From an uncultured Verrucomicrobiota bacterium (GTDB lineage: Bacteria > Verrucomicrobiota > Verrucomicrobiia > Limisphaerales > Palsa-1400): 64,000 nt of DNA. The stretch is from positions 4,228-68,227 of the forward strand of contig CAZLEE010000001.1 of NCBI GenBank assembly GCA_964558455.1. The letters are read 5' to 3'. Made by a program: the position numbers and the translations under genes. The notes under the pieces were generated by a model, which had not been told where the DNA came from, made no database searches, and saw nothing but the letters and a program-made list of their open reading frames with translations. Shown one piece after another: positions 28,954 to 37,874 of this stretch (positions are counted from its first letter, which is position 1; every line of letters begins with the position of its first letter).

Positions 28954-30335
28954 GCGCATCCTGCCTGACCGATTCTGTCAACCGCATTGAAGGCCTTCTC
29001 CGCCGCGCCCAGACCACGCGGGTGGTGCGCAGTCACGGCCGGGTCGTCCAGCTTATCGGTTTGGTCATTGAGTCCGAAGGCCCCCTCGCCTCTGTCGGGG
29101 AGATTTGCCGGATCGAATCCGCCCGCCACGACGGTTACACGCTGGCCGAGGTTGTAGGTTTCAAGGATCACCACGTATTACTCATGCCGCTGGGCGAGGT
29201 GAATGGCATTCATCCGGGCAGCGAAGTCATTGCCTTGGGCACCACCCTGCAAGTGCCGGTGGGCGAGACGCTGAAAGGCCGCGTCATCGACGGTTTGGGC
29301 GAACCTTTGGATGACAAAGGCCCGATTGAAGAGGATGCGTCGGTCAACTTGAATCAGCCCCCGCCGCACCCGCTGAAACGGCAACGCATCGGTCAGCCTT
29401 TTCGCACCGGAATCAAGGCGATTGACGCTTTCACCCCGTGCGGACGGGGCCAGCGTCTTGGTATTTTTGCGGGCAGCGGCGTGGGCAAATCGACCCTCCT
29501 GGGCATGATCGCCAGCCAGGCCGAGGCGGACGTCAACGTCATCGCCTTGATCGGGGAACGCGGTCGCGAAGTGCGCGAGTTTTTGGAAAAGGATTTGGAC
29601 GAAGCGGGCCGCCGCAAATCGGTTGTGGTGGTGGCCACCTCCAACCAGCCGGCCATTGCGCGTTTGAAGGGGGCGTTCGTGGCCATGGCCATTGCCGAAC
29701 ATTTTCGTGACGCCGGCCAGAATGTTTTGTTGATGATGGATTCGGTGACCCGTTTTGCCATGGCGCAACGCGAAATCGGGCTGGCGGTGGGCGAACCGCC
29801 CGCCACGCGCGGTTACACGCCGTCCGTTTTTTCGCTCCTGCCCCGCTTGTTGGAGCGCGCCGGAGCGGGGGAGACAGGCTCAATCACGGGTTTGTTCACC
29901 GTCCTGGTCGAAGCCGACGACATGAACGATCCCATTGCCGATGCGGTTCGCTCCATTCTTGACGGTCACATTGTGTTGACTCGCGAGTTGGCCACGCAAA
30001 ACCATTATCCGGCCATTGATGTGCTGGAAAGCGTCAGCCGTTTGACCCGGGATTTGGCCACCGCCCAACAACAGCAATTGCTTTCCCGCGCCCGTCAGGC
30101 CATGGCCACGTATCGCAAGAATCAGGATTTGATCAACATTGGCGCCTATCCCGCCGGAACCAATCCGGTGATTGATCAGAGCATCCATCTGCACGAGCCG
30201 TTGAAAACATTTTTGAACCAGGCGGTGGAAGACGGATTCTCCATCCCGCAGACCTGGTCGCTGTTGGAGAAGACGCTGGCGACGCCCCTGCCTTCTCCCA
30301 AGCCTGTGATGGCCGGCGGACGGAAAACAATTTAA
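28950..30335 (+). CDS. fliI: Flagellum-specific ATPase FliI
   Basis: Walker A GIFAGSGVGKSTLLGMI, Walker B VLLMMDSVTRFA, and TVLVEADDMNDPI. Confidence 0.95.
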   Translation: MSASCLTDSVNRIEGLLRRAQTTRVVRSHGRVVQLIGLVIESEGPLASVGEICRIESARHDGYTLAEVVGFKDHHVLLMPLGEVNGIHPGSEVIALGTTLQVPVGETLKGRVIDGLGEPLDDKGPIEEDASVNLNQPPPHPLKRQRIGQPFRTGIKAIDAFTPCGRGQRLGIFAGSGVGKSTLLGMIASQAEADVNVIALIGERGREVREFLEKDLDEAGRRKSVVVVATSNQPAIARLKGAFVAMAIAEHFRDAGQNVLLMMDSVTRFAMAQREIGLAVGEPPATRGYTPSVFSLLPRLLERAGAGETGSITGLFTVLVEADDMNDPIADAVRSILDGHIVLTRELATQNHYPAIDVLESVSRLTRDLATAQQQQLLSRARQAMATYRKNQDLINIGAYPAGTNPVIDQSIHLHEPLKTFLNQAVEDGFSIPQTWSLLEKTLATPLPSPKPVMAGGRKTI

Positions 30336-30341
30336 GCGCGC

Positions 30342-30812
30342 ATGAAACCTTTTCACTTCACCTTGGAATCCGTGGCCACCTTGCGCCGGCGGCAGGAGCA
30401 GAGGGCCATGGAAAAATATGCGCAAAGCCTGCTCGCCCGCCATCAGGCGGTGGAAAATCTCGAACGGGTCGGCCGGGATTTGAGCGCGTGCCGGGAGATG
30501 TTGCGCGGCCAGATGTCCGGCGGTTGCACGGCGGCGAAGGCCGTCCAAACCCGGGTTTATGAAAGTTCGCTGATGCAACGCCGCGACGAATGCGCGCGCG
30601 CGCTGGAAAACGCGGAACGCCGGGTGAACGCGGAGCTGCATGTCATGTTGCAGGCGCGCCAGCAACGGGAGATTGTGGATAAATTTTTTGACAAACAAAA
30701 GGCCGGTTACGAGCACGAGCAGGCGCGCGCCGAACAGAAGAACCTGGATGAGATGGCCGGGCGCAGGAGCAAATCCATCTTCGCCTGGAAACAAGCGGAA
30801 AATTCCCTATGA
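30342..30812 (+). CDS. fliJ: Flagellar export chaperone/stalk protein FliJ
   Basis: 156-aa coiled-coil protein (MKPFHFTLESVATLRRRQEQRAMEKYAQSL...) directly after fliI. Confidence 0.7.
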   Translation: MKPFHFTLESVATLRRRQEQRAMEKYAQSLLARHQAVENLERVGRDLSACREMLRGQMSGGCTAAKAVQTRVYESSLMQRRDECARALENAERRVNAELHVMLQARQQREIVDKFFDKQKAGYEHEQARAEQKNLDEMAGRRSKSIFAWKQAENSL

Positions 30813-31405
30813 TCAAACTGCTTACCACCCCTTGGATGACATCGCTGGTCAGCGTCCTCATTTACCTGGGCGCCATGGTGATGTTCTGGAAAACCCCGCC
30901 GCTGCCCAAGCCCGCGCCCGAGGTTGTTTCGACCGGAAAACGCCTGGGGCCTTCATGGGATTTTATCAACCCGGAAGCGGATCAACTCATGGCCGAACTG
31001 AAGACGGAAAAAGCCGCGCTCTCCAAAAAAGAGCAGGACCTCAGCGACCTCGCCGTCCGGTTGCAGGCGGAGCAGGCGGAAATGAATCTGGTCACGCAGT
31101 CCGTCCGGCAATTGCAGGTGGATTTTGATCAAAATGTGTTGCGCATCGGAGTGGAGGAAACGGCCAATTTGAAAAAATTGGCCAAGGTTTATGCGAACAT
31201 GGACCCGGCCAGCGCGGCCAAGATTATCCAGGAAATGGATGATGTGGGGATAATCAAAATAATGGTTTTTATGAAGGACACGGAAACAGCCGTCGTTTTG
31301 GAAGCCATGGCCAAGATGGGCCAGACTCAAGCCAAACGCGCCGCTGCTCTCTCCGACCGGCTTCGCCTGGCTTCATTCCGCAACTCCACCCCCTCTCCCA
31401 AATGA
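30809..31405 (+). CDS. Membrane-anchored MgtE_N/FlbB(MotE)-like flagellar protein
   Basis: N-terminal TM, a coiled coil, then LAKVYANMDPASAAKIIQEMDDVGIIKIMVFMKDTETAVVLEAM (an MgtE-N/FliG-like helical repeat). Confidence 0.5.
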   Translation: MIKLLTTPWMTSLVSVLIYLGAMVMFWKTPPLPKPAPEVVSTGKRLGPSWDFINPEADQLMAELKTEKAALSKKEQDLSDLAVRLQAEQAEMNLVTQSVRQLQVDFDQNVLRIGVEETANLKKLAKVYANMDPASAAKIIQEMDDVGIIKIMVFMKDTETAVVLEAMAKMGQTQAKRAAALSDRLRLASFRNSTPSPK

Positions 31406-34400
31406 TGGATCATTCCTCTGTGGGCGGCGCGACGACCTCGCCGGCCTTGGCGGGAGGTGTCTTCGCCTTGATTGCGGTAACGCCCGCAGCGGCGGCTGCG
31501 GCCTTGGAGGATTTTTTGAGCGTGATGTCGCATGCGACTCGCGATGATTTGGCAAAATCAACCGGTGGCGCAACAGTTTCCCCGGATGTGTCATCGTCCG
31601 GCCAGGATGCGTCGCCATCCATTGTGGCGCAGCCAATCGCGGGAGGCGTGACGGGCCGGGCGGCATTTTATCGGCAGAATATTTTCAATCCGCCATCTTC
31701 CGCCGCCGCCACTTCCAAAAACGCAACCGTTGCGGGCGCGCCTGCGGCTTTGCGGACAACATCCGCATCTCCAAAAAAACTGGCGCAATCGAAGGTTGCC
31801 ACCGTGTCCGCTGTTCAACAGGGCAACTTGGCGAACAAATCCATTTCTATTGCGCCTGCCGTTCAACAGAGTGAGTTGACGGGTAAATCCACCGCACTTG
31901 CCGCTGTGGAGCAGGGGCAGAGCGGGTTGGTGAATGAATCCATTGCGTCCGTCGTTCAACCATGCGAGTCAGCGGGCGAATCCGTTTCCATCACGCCCGC
32001 CGTCCAACAGGGCAAGTCAGCGAGTAAATCCACCACGCCCGCTGTTCAACAAGGACAGGGTGAATTGACGGGCAAACCCGTTGCGCCCGCGATTCAACAG
32101 AACGAGTTGGTGAATGAATCCATCGTGTCTGTCGTTCAACAAGACGGGTTGGCGGGCAAACCCATTTCCATTACGACAACCGCCCAACAAGGCGGATCAG
32201 CGGATAAACCTGTTGCGTCCGCTGCTCAACAGGGACAAGGCGAATTGGCAGATAGACCTGCCGCACCTGTGGTTCAGCAAGACGGGTTGGCGGGTAAATC
32301 CATTGCTATTACGACCATCGTCCAACAGGGTGGGTCAGCAAATGAACCCGCTACGTTTGTTGTTCAGCAGGACGGGCCGGTCAGTAAATCCATTTCCACT
32401 GCGACCGTCATCCAGCAGGGCGAGTCGGCGGGCAAACCTGCCGTGACCGTCGTGCAACAGGAACCGGTCGGGTTGGCCGGCAAACCGGCTGCGCCCGCCG
32501 AGCAAGACGAACTGGTGAACGAATCCACCGCGTCTGTTGCTCAACAAGGCGAGTCGGTGAGCAAATCCATTTTTATTACGACCACCGTCCAACAGGACGG
32601 ATCAGCAAACAAACCCGCCGCGCCTGCCGTTCAGCAAGACGAGTTGGCGAGTAAATCCATTTCCACTGCGACCGTCGTCCAACAGAGCGAGTCAGCAAGC
32701 AAACCTGCCGTGACCGTCGTGCAACAGGAACCGGTCGGGTTGGCCGGCAAACCGGCTGCGCCCGCCGAGCAAGACGAATTGGTGAATGAATCCACCGCGT
32801 CTGTTGCTCAACAAGACGAGTTGGTGAGCAAACCCATATCCATTACGACAACCGTCCAACAGGACGGATCGGCAGATCAACCTGTTGTATCCGCTGCTCA
32901 GCAGGGGCAAGGCGAATTGGCAGATAAACCTGCCGCGCCTGCCGTTCAGCAAGACGGGGCGGTCAGTAAATCCATTTCCACTGCGACCATCGTCCAGCGG
33001 GACGAGTCAGCGGGCAAACCTGCCGTGGCCGTCGTGCAACAGGAACCGGTCGGGTTGGCCGGCAAACCGGTTGCGCCCGCCGAGCAAGACAAATTGGTGG
33101 ACGAATCCACCGCGTCTGTTGCTCAACAAGGCGAGTTGGTGAGCAAACCCATTTCCATTACGACAACCGTTCAACAGGGCGCGTTGGCGAACGAACCTGC
33201 CGCATCCGCTATTCGGCAGGGACAGAATGAATCGACAGACAAACCTGTTGCGCCTGATGTTCAGCAAGACGAGGTTGCGAGCGAATCCATTTCCATCACG
33301 CCCCCCGTCCGGCAGGACGAGTCAGCGAGCAAACCTGCCGTGACCGTCGTGCAACAGGAACAGGTCGGGTTGGCCGGCAAACCCAGTGCGCCCGCCGTTC
33401 AGCAAGACGAGTCGGCGGATTCTCCGTCCGCGCCGGTGGTGGCCGAAATTGCCGACAATGCTCCGCTTCCGGCGCAAACACCAACGCCGTCACTTAATTT
33501 GCCGGGCGATGCGGCGGGGTCCGATGTTCTTGCGGCGGCGGTTTCCGCGCCTGTCCCCGCTCAACCGTCGTTGGTTTCCAATGCGGCCATGACCAAAACA
33601 ACCGTATCCGGGCGCGAAGTCCAGGCGAGCCGATCCCAATCCACGCGGAGCGATGCGGATGTCGCGGGCAAGATGGCCAATCCGCCGCGCGTCACGGACG
33701 ATTCGGAAGTTAAACCTGCCGCCAAAGTGGCGCCGGCTGCATCCCTGCCTGCACAGGGGAAGGCAAAGGAAACCAGCGCAGTGGCAGGAGGAACGGATCA
33801 CGCGAACGGTCAGGCGGCATCGCCGGAGGTAACAACGACATCTTTGCCGCAGGCGCCAGCGGCGGATCTTTCCATCACACCGGCGATGGCCGGCGTTGAG
33901 ATTGATGGCACGGTGAGTGCTTTAAATGGCCAACAGATGAAATCGACGCCAGAAAAGGACGAAATTGCCGGGCTTGCCGCGCAAAAAATGCCGGGGGCAC
34001 CCTGGCTGGCTGGCGTTTCTGTCAAAGCGTCGGATAATTTGGCCGTCGATTCCGATTCTGGTCCGTCAACCTCCGGGAATGTGATATCGGCGTCGTCCGT
34101 TGTCATCAACATGGCGGCCAAAACGGCGGAGACCACTTTGGGGGCGGTTGCAACAGCCGTCCCGGCTTCTTCCGCCGATCACGCCGCGGCGCAGGTGGAG
34201 CGTCTGGGAAATTGGGTGACTCAACAAGTTGTCATGGTGCAACAGTCCGGGATCAATAACATTGCGGTTTCGCTCAAACCCAATGCGGAGACCGAGCTGA
34301 GTTTGCAATTGACAAGTCACAACGGGCGGATTGAGGCAACCCTGAGTTTGGAACGGGGGGCCATGCCCGGGCTGGAGAGTCACTGGAAAGATTTGCAGGA

Positions 34401-34626
34401 ATCCCTCAGCCGGCAAAACGTGCAACTGCTTCCGCTGGAAAATAAAACGGCGGCCAGGACGTCCGCTTTGAATTCGTCCTTCGACAGTTCGTCACAAAAC
34501 TCCCGGCGGCAGAGCCGGGATACAGAACAAGAGTGGGTGCCGGCAGGGGAGATGGCGGCGCCGCTCGCAACCGGTAAAACAAAAGCCACGGCGACTTCCC
34601 GGCGGGGATGGGAATCCTGGGCCTGA
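31402..34626 (+). CDS. fliK: Giant flagellar hook-length control protein FliK (1074 aa) with a repetitive ruler region
   Basis: It sits between fliJ and flgD-flgE. The C-terminal Flg_hook-like domain reads AAQVERLGNWVTQQVVMVQQSGINNIAVSLKPNAETELSLQLTSHNGRIEATLSLE, and the centre is about 546 aa of tandem repeats. Confidence 0.8.
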   Translation: MMDHSSVGGATTSPALAGGVFALIAVTPAAAAAALEDFLSVMSHATRDDLAKSTGGATVSPDVSSSGQDASPSIVAQPIAGGVTGRAAFYRQNIFNPPSSAAATSKNATVAGAPAALRTTSASPKKLAQSKVATVSAVQQGNLANKSISIAPAVQQSELTGKSTALAAVEQGQSGLVNESIASVVQPCESAGESVSITPAVQQGKSASKSTTPAVQQGQGELTGKPVAPAIQQNELVNESIVSVVQQDGLAGKPISITTTAQQGGSADKPVASAAQQGQGELADRPAAPVVQQDGLAGKSIAITTIVQQGGSANEPATFVVQQDGPVSKSISTATVIQQGESAGKPAVTVVQQEPVGLAGKPAAPAEQDELVNESTASVAQQGESVSKSIFITTTVQQDGSANKPAAPAVQQDELASKSISTATVVQQSESASKPAVTVVQQEPVGLAGKPAAPAEQDELVNESTASVAQQDELVSKPISITTTVQQDGSADQPVVSAAQQGQGELADKPAAPAVQQDGAVSKSISTATIVQRDESAGKPAVAVVQQEPVGLAGKPVAPAEQDKLVDESTASVAQQGELVSKPISITTTVQQGALANEPAASAIRQGQNESTDKPVAPDVQQDEVASESISITPPVRQDESASKPAVTVVQQEQVGLAGKPSAPAVQQDESADSPSAPVVAEIADNAPLPAQTPTPSLNLPGDAAGSDVLAAAVSAPVPAQPSLVSNAAMTKTTVSGREVQASRSQSTRSDADVAGKMANPPRVTDDSEVKPAAKVAPAASLPAQGKAKETSAVAGGTDHANGQAASPEVTTTSLPQAPAADLSITPAMAGVEIDGTVSALNGQQMKSTPEKDEIAGLAAQKMPGAPWLAGVSVKASDNLAVDSDSGPSTSGNVISASSVVINMAAKTAETTLGAVATAVPASSADHAAAQVERLGNWVTQQVVMVQQSGINNIAVSLKPNAETELSLQLTSHNGRIEATLSLERGAMPGLESHWKDLQESLSRQNVQLLPLENKTAARTSALNSSFDSSSQNSRRQSRDTEQEWVPAGEMAAPLATGKTKATATSRRGWESWA
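31804..33441 (+). repeat. In-frame tandem repeat array inside fliK
   Basis: About 36 units (manual count) of 13-17 aa of the type [AV]VQQ[DGE]x[LSV][AV]xK[PS].... Higher-order DNA copies start at 32434, 32701, 33016 and 33331 (periods 267, 315 and 315 bp). The first 78 nt of copies 1 and 2 are identical. Confidence 0.95.
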
Positions 34627-34633
34627 AATATTT

Positions 34634-35053
34634 ATGTCAACCACCGCAATTAATTCCAATACAAACAGCGCGGCCGCCAGTTCCAGTCAGACGTTGAACC
34701 AGGCGGACTTTTTGAAATTGCTGGTCACACAAATGACCTCGCAAGATCCGCTGAACCCGCAGAGCGACACCGATTTTGCCGCGCAACTGGCGCAATTCAG
34801 CTCGTTGCAGGAAACCACCAACATGGCCGGCTACATGCAAACCCTGCAAGCCGATTCAATGATTGGCATGAATGTGAATGTGGCTTCCGCCGCCAACAGC
34901 GCCCAACAGGTCAGCGGCGTGGTGAGCGGAGTGGACATATCGTCCGGCACGCCGGAAATTTCAGTGAATGGGGAGGATTATTCATTAAGCCAGGTGTCCT
35001 CCATCACTCCCGCGACGACCCAAACAGCCGCCAGTTCCGGCGCATCCCAGTAA
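34634..35053 (+). CDS. flgD: Flagellar hook capping/assembly protein FlgD (short form)
   Basis: LNQADFLKLLVTQMTSQDPLNPQSDTDFAAQLAQFSSLQ. Confidence 0.9.
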   Translation: MSTTAINSNTNSAAASSSQTLNQADFLKLLVTQMTSQDPLNPQSDTDFAAQLAQFSSLQETTNMAGYMQTLQADSMIGMNVNVASAANSAQQVSGVVSGVDISSGTPEISVNGEDYSLSQVSSITPATTQTAASSGASQ

Positions 35054-35113
35054 TCCATGAATCCAGTCAAGTAACTCGTAAACCCAGTCGATAACCCCTA
35101 ACACAAAAAATAT

Positions 35114-35941
35114 ATGCTTAGTTCTTTAAGTTCAGGCCTCAGTGGTCTCGACAACTTCCAGGAGCAAATGAACGTGATTGGCAACAATATCGCCAACATC
35201 AACACCACCGGTTTCAAAGACGGTGAGGTTAGTTTTGCCGACACGTTCTGCAACACCGTCCAGGGCGGTTCTTCCACCATCCCGGCCATGCAGGTCGGCA
35301 CGGGTGTTGAGATAACTGCCACGGGCAGCAATTGGTCGCAAGGATCGCTGACTACCACGGGTGTGGCGAGCAATCTGGCCGTGTCCGGCGCCGGTTTTTT
35401 CACGGTGGTTGATCCGACCACAGGCAGCTCGTATGTCACACAGGACGGTTCATTTACAGTGAACTCGACCGGCCAGTTGGTCACGGCCAACGGGGACATC
35501 GTGCAGGGCTACAACAGCAGCAGTTTGTCCACCATTGGCAACCTGACTCTCAATATCACCGGTTCCACCAGCACCTCGCCCATCTCCTCCTACGCCATTA
35601 ACAAACAGGGTCAAATCACCGTGACTCAAAGCGACGGCACGAACTTTGTCTGCGGCCAGGTCCTGCTGCAGAACTTCCAGGATCCGAACATGCTGACCAA
35701 CGTGGGCAACAACCTGTATTCCAACACCGCGAATGCGGGGCCGACCACGCCTACGGCGGTCGCGCCGGGAAGCAACGGTTTGGGCACCATCGAATCAGGC
35801 GAACTGGAAGGTTCCAACGTGGATCTTTCGACCGAGATGACAAACCTGATCACCGCCCAACGCGCTTTTGAGGCAAACTCAAAGATCATCACCACCAGCA
35901 ACGAATTGCTCCAAACCGTGGTGAATCTGCAACAAGGTTAA
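35114..35941 (+). CDS. flgE: Flagellar hook protein FlgE (short, 275 aa)
   Basis: SSGLSGLDNFQEQMNVIGNNIANINTTGFK at the N-terminus and LEGSNVDLSTEMTNLITAQRAFEANSKII at the C-terminus. Confidence 0.85.
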   Translation: MLSSLSSGLSGLDNFQEQMNVIGNNIANINTTGFKDGEVSFADTFCNTVQGGSSTIPAMQVGTGVEITATGSNWSQGSLTTTGVASNLAVSGAGFFTVVDPTTGSSYVTQDGSFTVNSTGQLVTANGDIVQGYNSSSLSTIGNLTLNITGSTSTSPISSYAINKQGQITVTQSDGTNFVCGQVLLQNFQDPNMLTNVGNNLYSNTANAGPTTPTAVAPGSNGLGTIESGELEGSNVDLSTEMTNLITAQRAFEANSKIITTSNELLQTVVNLQQG

Positions 35942-35954
35942 GGGCTAAACCCAT

Positions 35955-36575
35955 ATGGCCAGCACACCAAACGAGCAACCGCGGACGCGGGAGGAAGCGA
36001 AAGCTTCGGACAGCGGCAAGGCAGGCGCCGCCGACGCCAAGGGCGAAGGCAAGGCGGCAGTTTCCGCGCCGGGCGGCGGTCTCAAACCGTGGCTGCCGCT
36101 GATTGTCGCCGTGGTGTGCATGCCGATGCTGGCCTTTGCCACCATGCGTCTTGTCTTGCTGCCAAAGCTGGAACGCGCCGTGAACCAGACCAAGCCCGGC
36201 GCAGCGGTCTCCAACGCGTCAGCCGAAACGGCGGGGTCCGAAAAGGAAGGGGAAAAGGCGGGTGGCGACAAAGCCAAAGTGACCGTGGCGTTGAGCAAAA
36301 TGCTGGTGAACGTGGCGGGCACGATGGGGACGCGTTACCTGATGACCAGCGTGACGCTGGTTGGGAACACCCCGGACTTTAAAAGCAAGGTGGACGAGAA
36401 CAAGGATCAACTCATGGATCTGGCGACCAGCACGCTTAGCAGCAAGACCATTGCCGATCTGGAAAAGCCCGGTGCGCGCAACGTCATCCGGGCGGAGTTG
36501 ATGACTGTGTTCAATGAAGCGCTGGGCGCGCCTTTGGTGCAGGAAATTTACATCACCGAATTGGCTATCCAATAA
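35955..36575 (+). CDS. fliL: Flagellar basal body-associated protein FliL
   Basis: Single TM, then VALSKMLVNVAGTMGTRYLMTSVTLVG...IRAELMTVFNEALG...EIYITELAIQ. Confidence 0.85.
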   Translation: MASTPNEQPRTREEAKASDSGKAGAADAKGEGKAAVSAPGGGLKPWLPLIVAVVCMPMLAFATMRLVLLPKLERAVNQTKPGAAVSNASAETAGSEKEGEKAGGDKAKVTVALSKMLVNVAGTMGTRYLMTSVTLVGNTPDFKSKVDENKDQLMDLATSTLSSKTIADLEKPGARNVIRAELMTVFNEALGAPLVQEIYITELAIQ

Positions 36576-36584
36576 ATTCCGCCC

Positions 36585-37601
36585 ATGAACGAAGACACCG
36601 CCCGCCTTGAGCAGTCCGAGCCGACCCCTTCCATTTTTGAAGGCGGAGGCAACGTGGGCCTGGCGTTGGCGGAAGGCGAAGCGCCCCGGCAAGGGACATT
36701 GCGCTGCCATGACTTCCGGAATCCATTGCTCCTGTCGTCGCTGGAATCGCACAAATTGCGCTTGCGGCAGGAGGAAATCATGCGGCAGGTGGCGGCGCGG
36801 ATTTCGGTTCATTTGCATCTGGAATTTTCGTTGAAAATTGTCAGCTTGCAGACCCTCACTTACCAAAGTCTGGCGGAAAGCTGGAAAGTTCCGTCCCATT
36901 TCAATTTGTTCAAGATGGAACCCTTGCGCGGGGTGTCCATTCTTGACATATCGAGCGAGCTTGGTTTTTGCCTGATGGACCGTTTGATGGGCGGCCCGGG
37001 CCACGGCTGCGGACCGGGGCAGGAGATCAGCGACATCGAGAAGGTGTTGCTGGAGCAAACAGTGCAAGTCTTCATGGAGGAATGGTGCCGCCATTGGGCC
37101 GCGATCAAGGAATTGAAACCCGTCGTACTGGGCTACGAAAACAAGGGTGATTACATTCAGGCGGCATCGGGCGAAACGGTCATGCTGGTCATCACCATGG
37201 AAGGCGGATTGGCCGGGCGGACCGGACAAATCCAGATGAGCGTGCCTTACGCGGCCCTGGAGCCGTTGATCAAACGGATCTGCCAGGGGGCAGACACGCC
37301 CGCAATCCCTGCAACTCCGGCCGTTCCAGCGCCGCCGCGCGCGCCGGCCGCTCCTGCGCCGGTGTTGAAATGGAACAACTGCTTTAATGACGTTTGCGTT
37401 CCGGTCACGGCGGAATGGGAGGGGCTGGAACTGACCGCGCGCCAGATCCTGGCGCTGAAAGTCGGCGACGTTCTGCCGCTGGCTGCGCAGCATCTGCAAC
37501 GTATTAACGTGCGTGTGGCTGACACTCTTAAATTTTACGGGCGCCCCGGAGCGCAATCGGGGCAATGGGCGGTGGAACTGACCCAAGTGATCAAATCGTA
37601 A
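36585..37601 (+). CDS. fliM: Flagellar motor switch protein FliM
   Basis: HDFRNPLLLSS...LRLRQEEIMRQVAARIS..., and a C-terminal SpoA-like LKVGDVLPL... Confidence 0.9.
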   Translation: MNEDTARLEQSEPTPSIFEGGGNVGLALAEGEAPRQGTLRCHDFRNPLLLSSLESHKLRLRQEEIMRQVAARISVHLHLEFSLKIVSLQTLTYQSLAESWKVPSHFNLFKMEPLRGVSILDISSELGFCLMDRLMGGPGHGCGPGQEISDIEKVLLEQTVQVFMEEWCRHWAAIKELKPVVLGYENKGDYIQAASGETVMLVITMEGGLAGRTGQIQMSVPYAALEPLIKRICQGADTPAIPATPAVPAPPRAPAAPAPVLKWNNCFNDVCVPVTAEWEGLELTARQILALKVGDVLPLAAQHLQRINVRVADTLKFYGRPGAQSGQWAVELTQVIKS

Positions 37602-37610
37602 GCGAGCATT

Positions 37611-37874
37611 ATGGAACCAACCGAAAAAAACTCTCCAGGCCTCGAAGTGTTGCTGGGCGTCAAAGTCAAACTGACCGCGGAACTTGGCTCGTGCCAGTTG
37701 CCCATGCGCGATGTCCTGCAATTTAATGTCAGTTCCATAGTCAAACTGGACAAGACAACGCAGGCGCCGGTGGACCTCTACGCCAACCAGACCCGCATCG
37801 CGCGGGGCGAAGTGGTGGTGGTGGACGATTCTTACGGCATCAAAATCACCGAGATATTTGGAGTCAATCCATGA
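37611..37874 (+). CDS. fliN: Flagellar motor switch protein FliN (SpoA domain only, 87 aa)
   Basis: VKVKLTAELGSCQLPMRDVLQFNVSSIVKLD...VDLYANQTRIARGEVVVVDDSYGIKITEI. Confidence 0.9.
   Translation: MEPTEKNSPGLEVLLGVKVKLTAELGSCQLPMRDVLQFNVSSIVKLDKTTQAPVDLYANQTRIARGEVVVVDDSYGIKITEIFGVNP

Noticed and set aside
30809-31405. The 198-aa protein with a FliG/MgtE-N-like helical repeat, considered as the missing FliG.
   Set aside because: It is too short and has an N-terminal transmembrane anchor and a coiled coil. It lacks the FliG middle and C-terminal motifs, so it fits FlbB/MotE-type proteins better.
31804-33441. A regular tandem repeat array that could be mistaken for a CRISPR array or minisatellite.
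   Set aside because: The units are contiguous with no unique spacers. All periods are multiples of 3, and the array is in frame within an ORF that has FliK N-terminal and C-terminal regions. It is therefore a coding repeat. The short minus-strand ORFs listed across it are artefacts of the repeat.
33906-33921. TGGCACggtgaGTGCT inside fliK.
   Set aside because: It is a reasonable core match, but it is buried in coding sequence 700 nt from the next start codon, with none of the flanking features of the intergenic sites. I treat it as a chance occurrence.
35061-35095. Direct repeat CCAGTCaagTAAC / CCAGTCgaTAAC in the AT-rich flgD-flgE spacer.
   Set aside because: It is short and imperfect, with no promoter-like or CsrA-like (GGA) features. 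The support is insufficient to call it a regulatory element.
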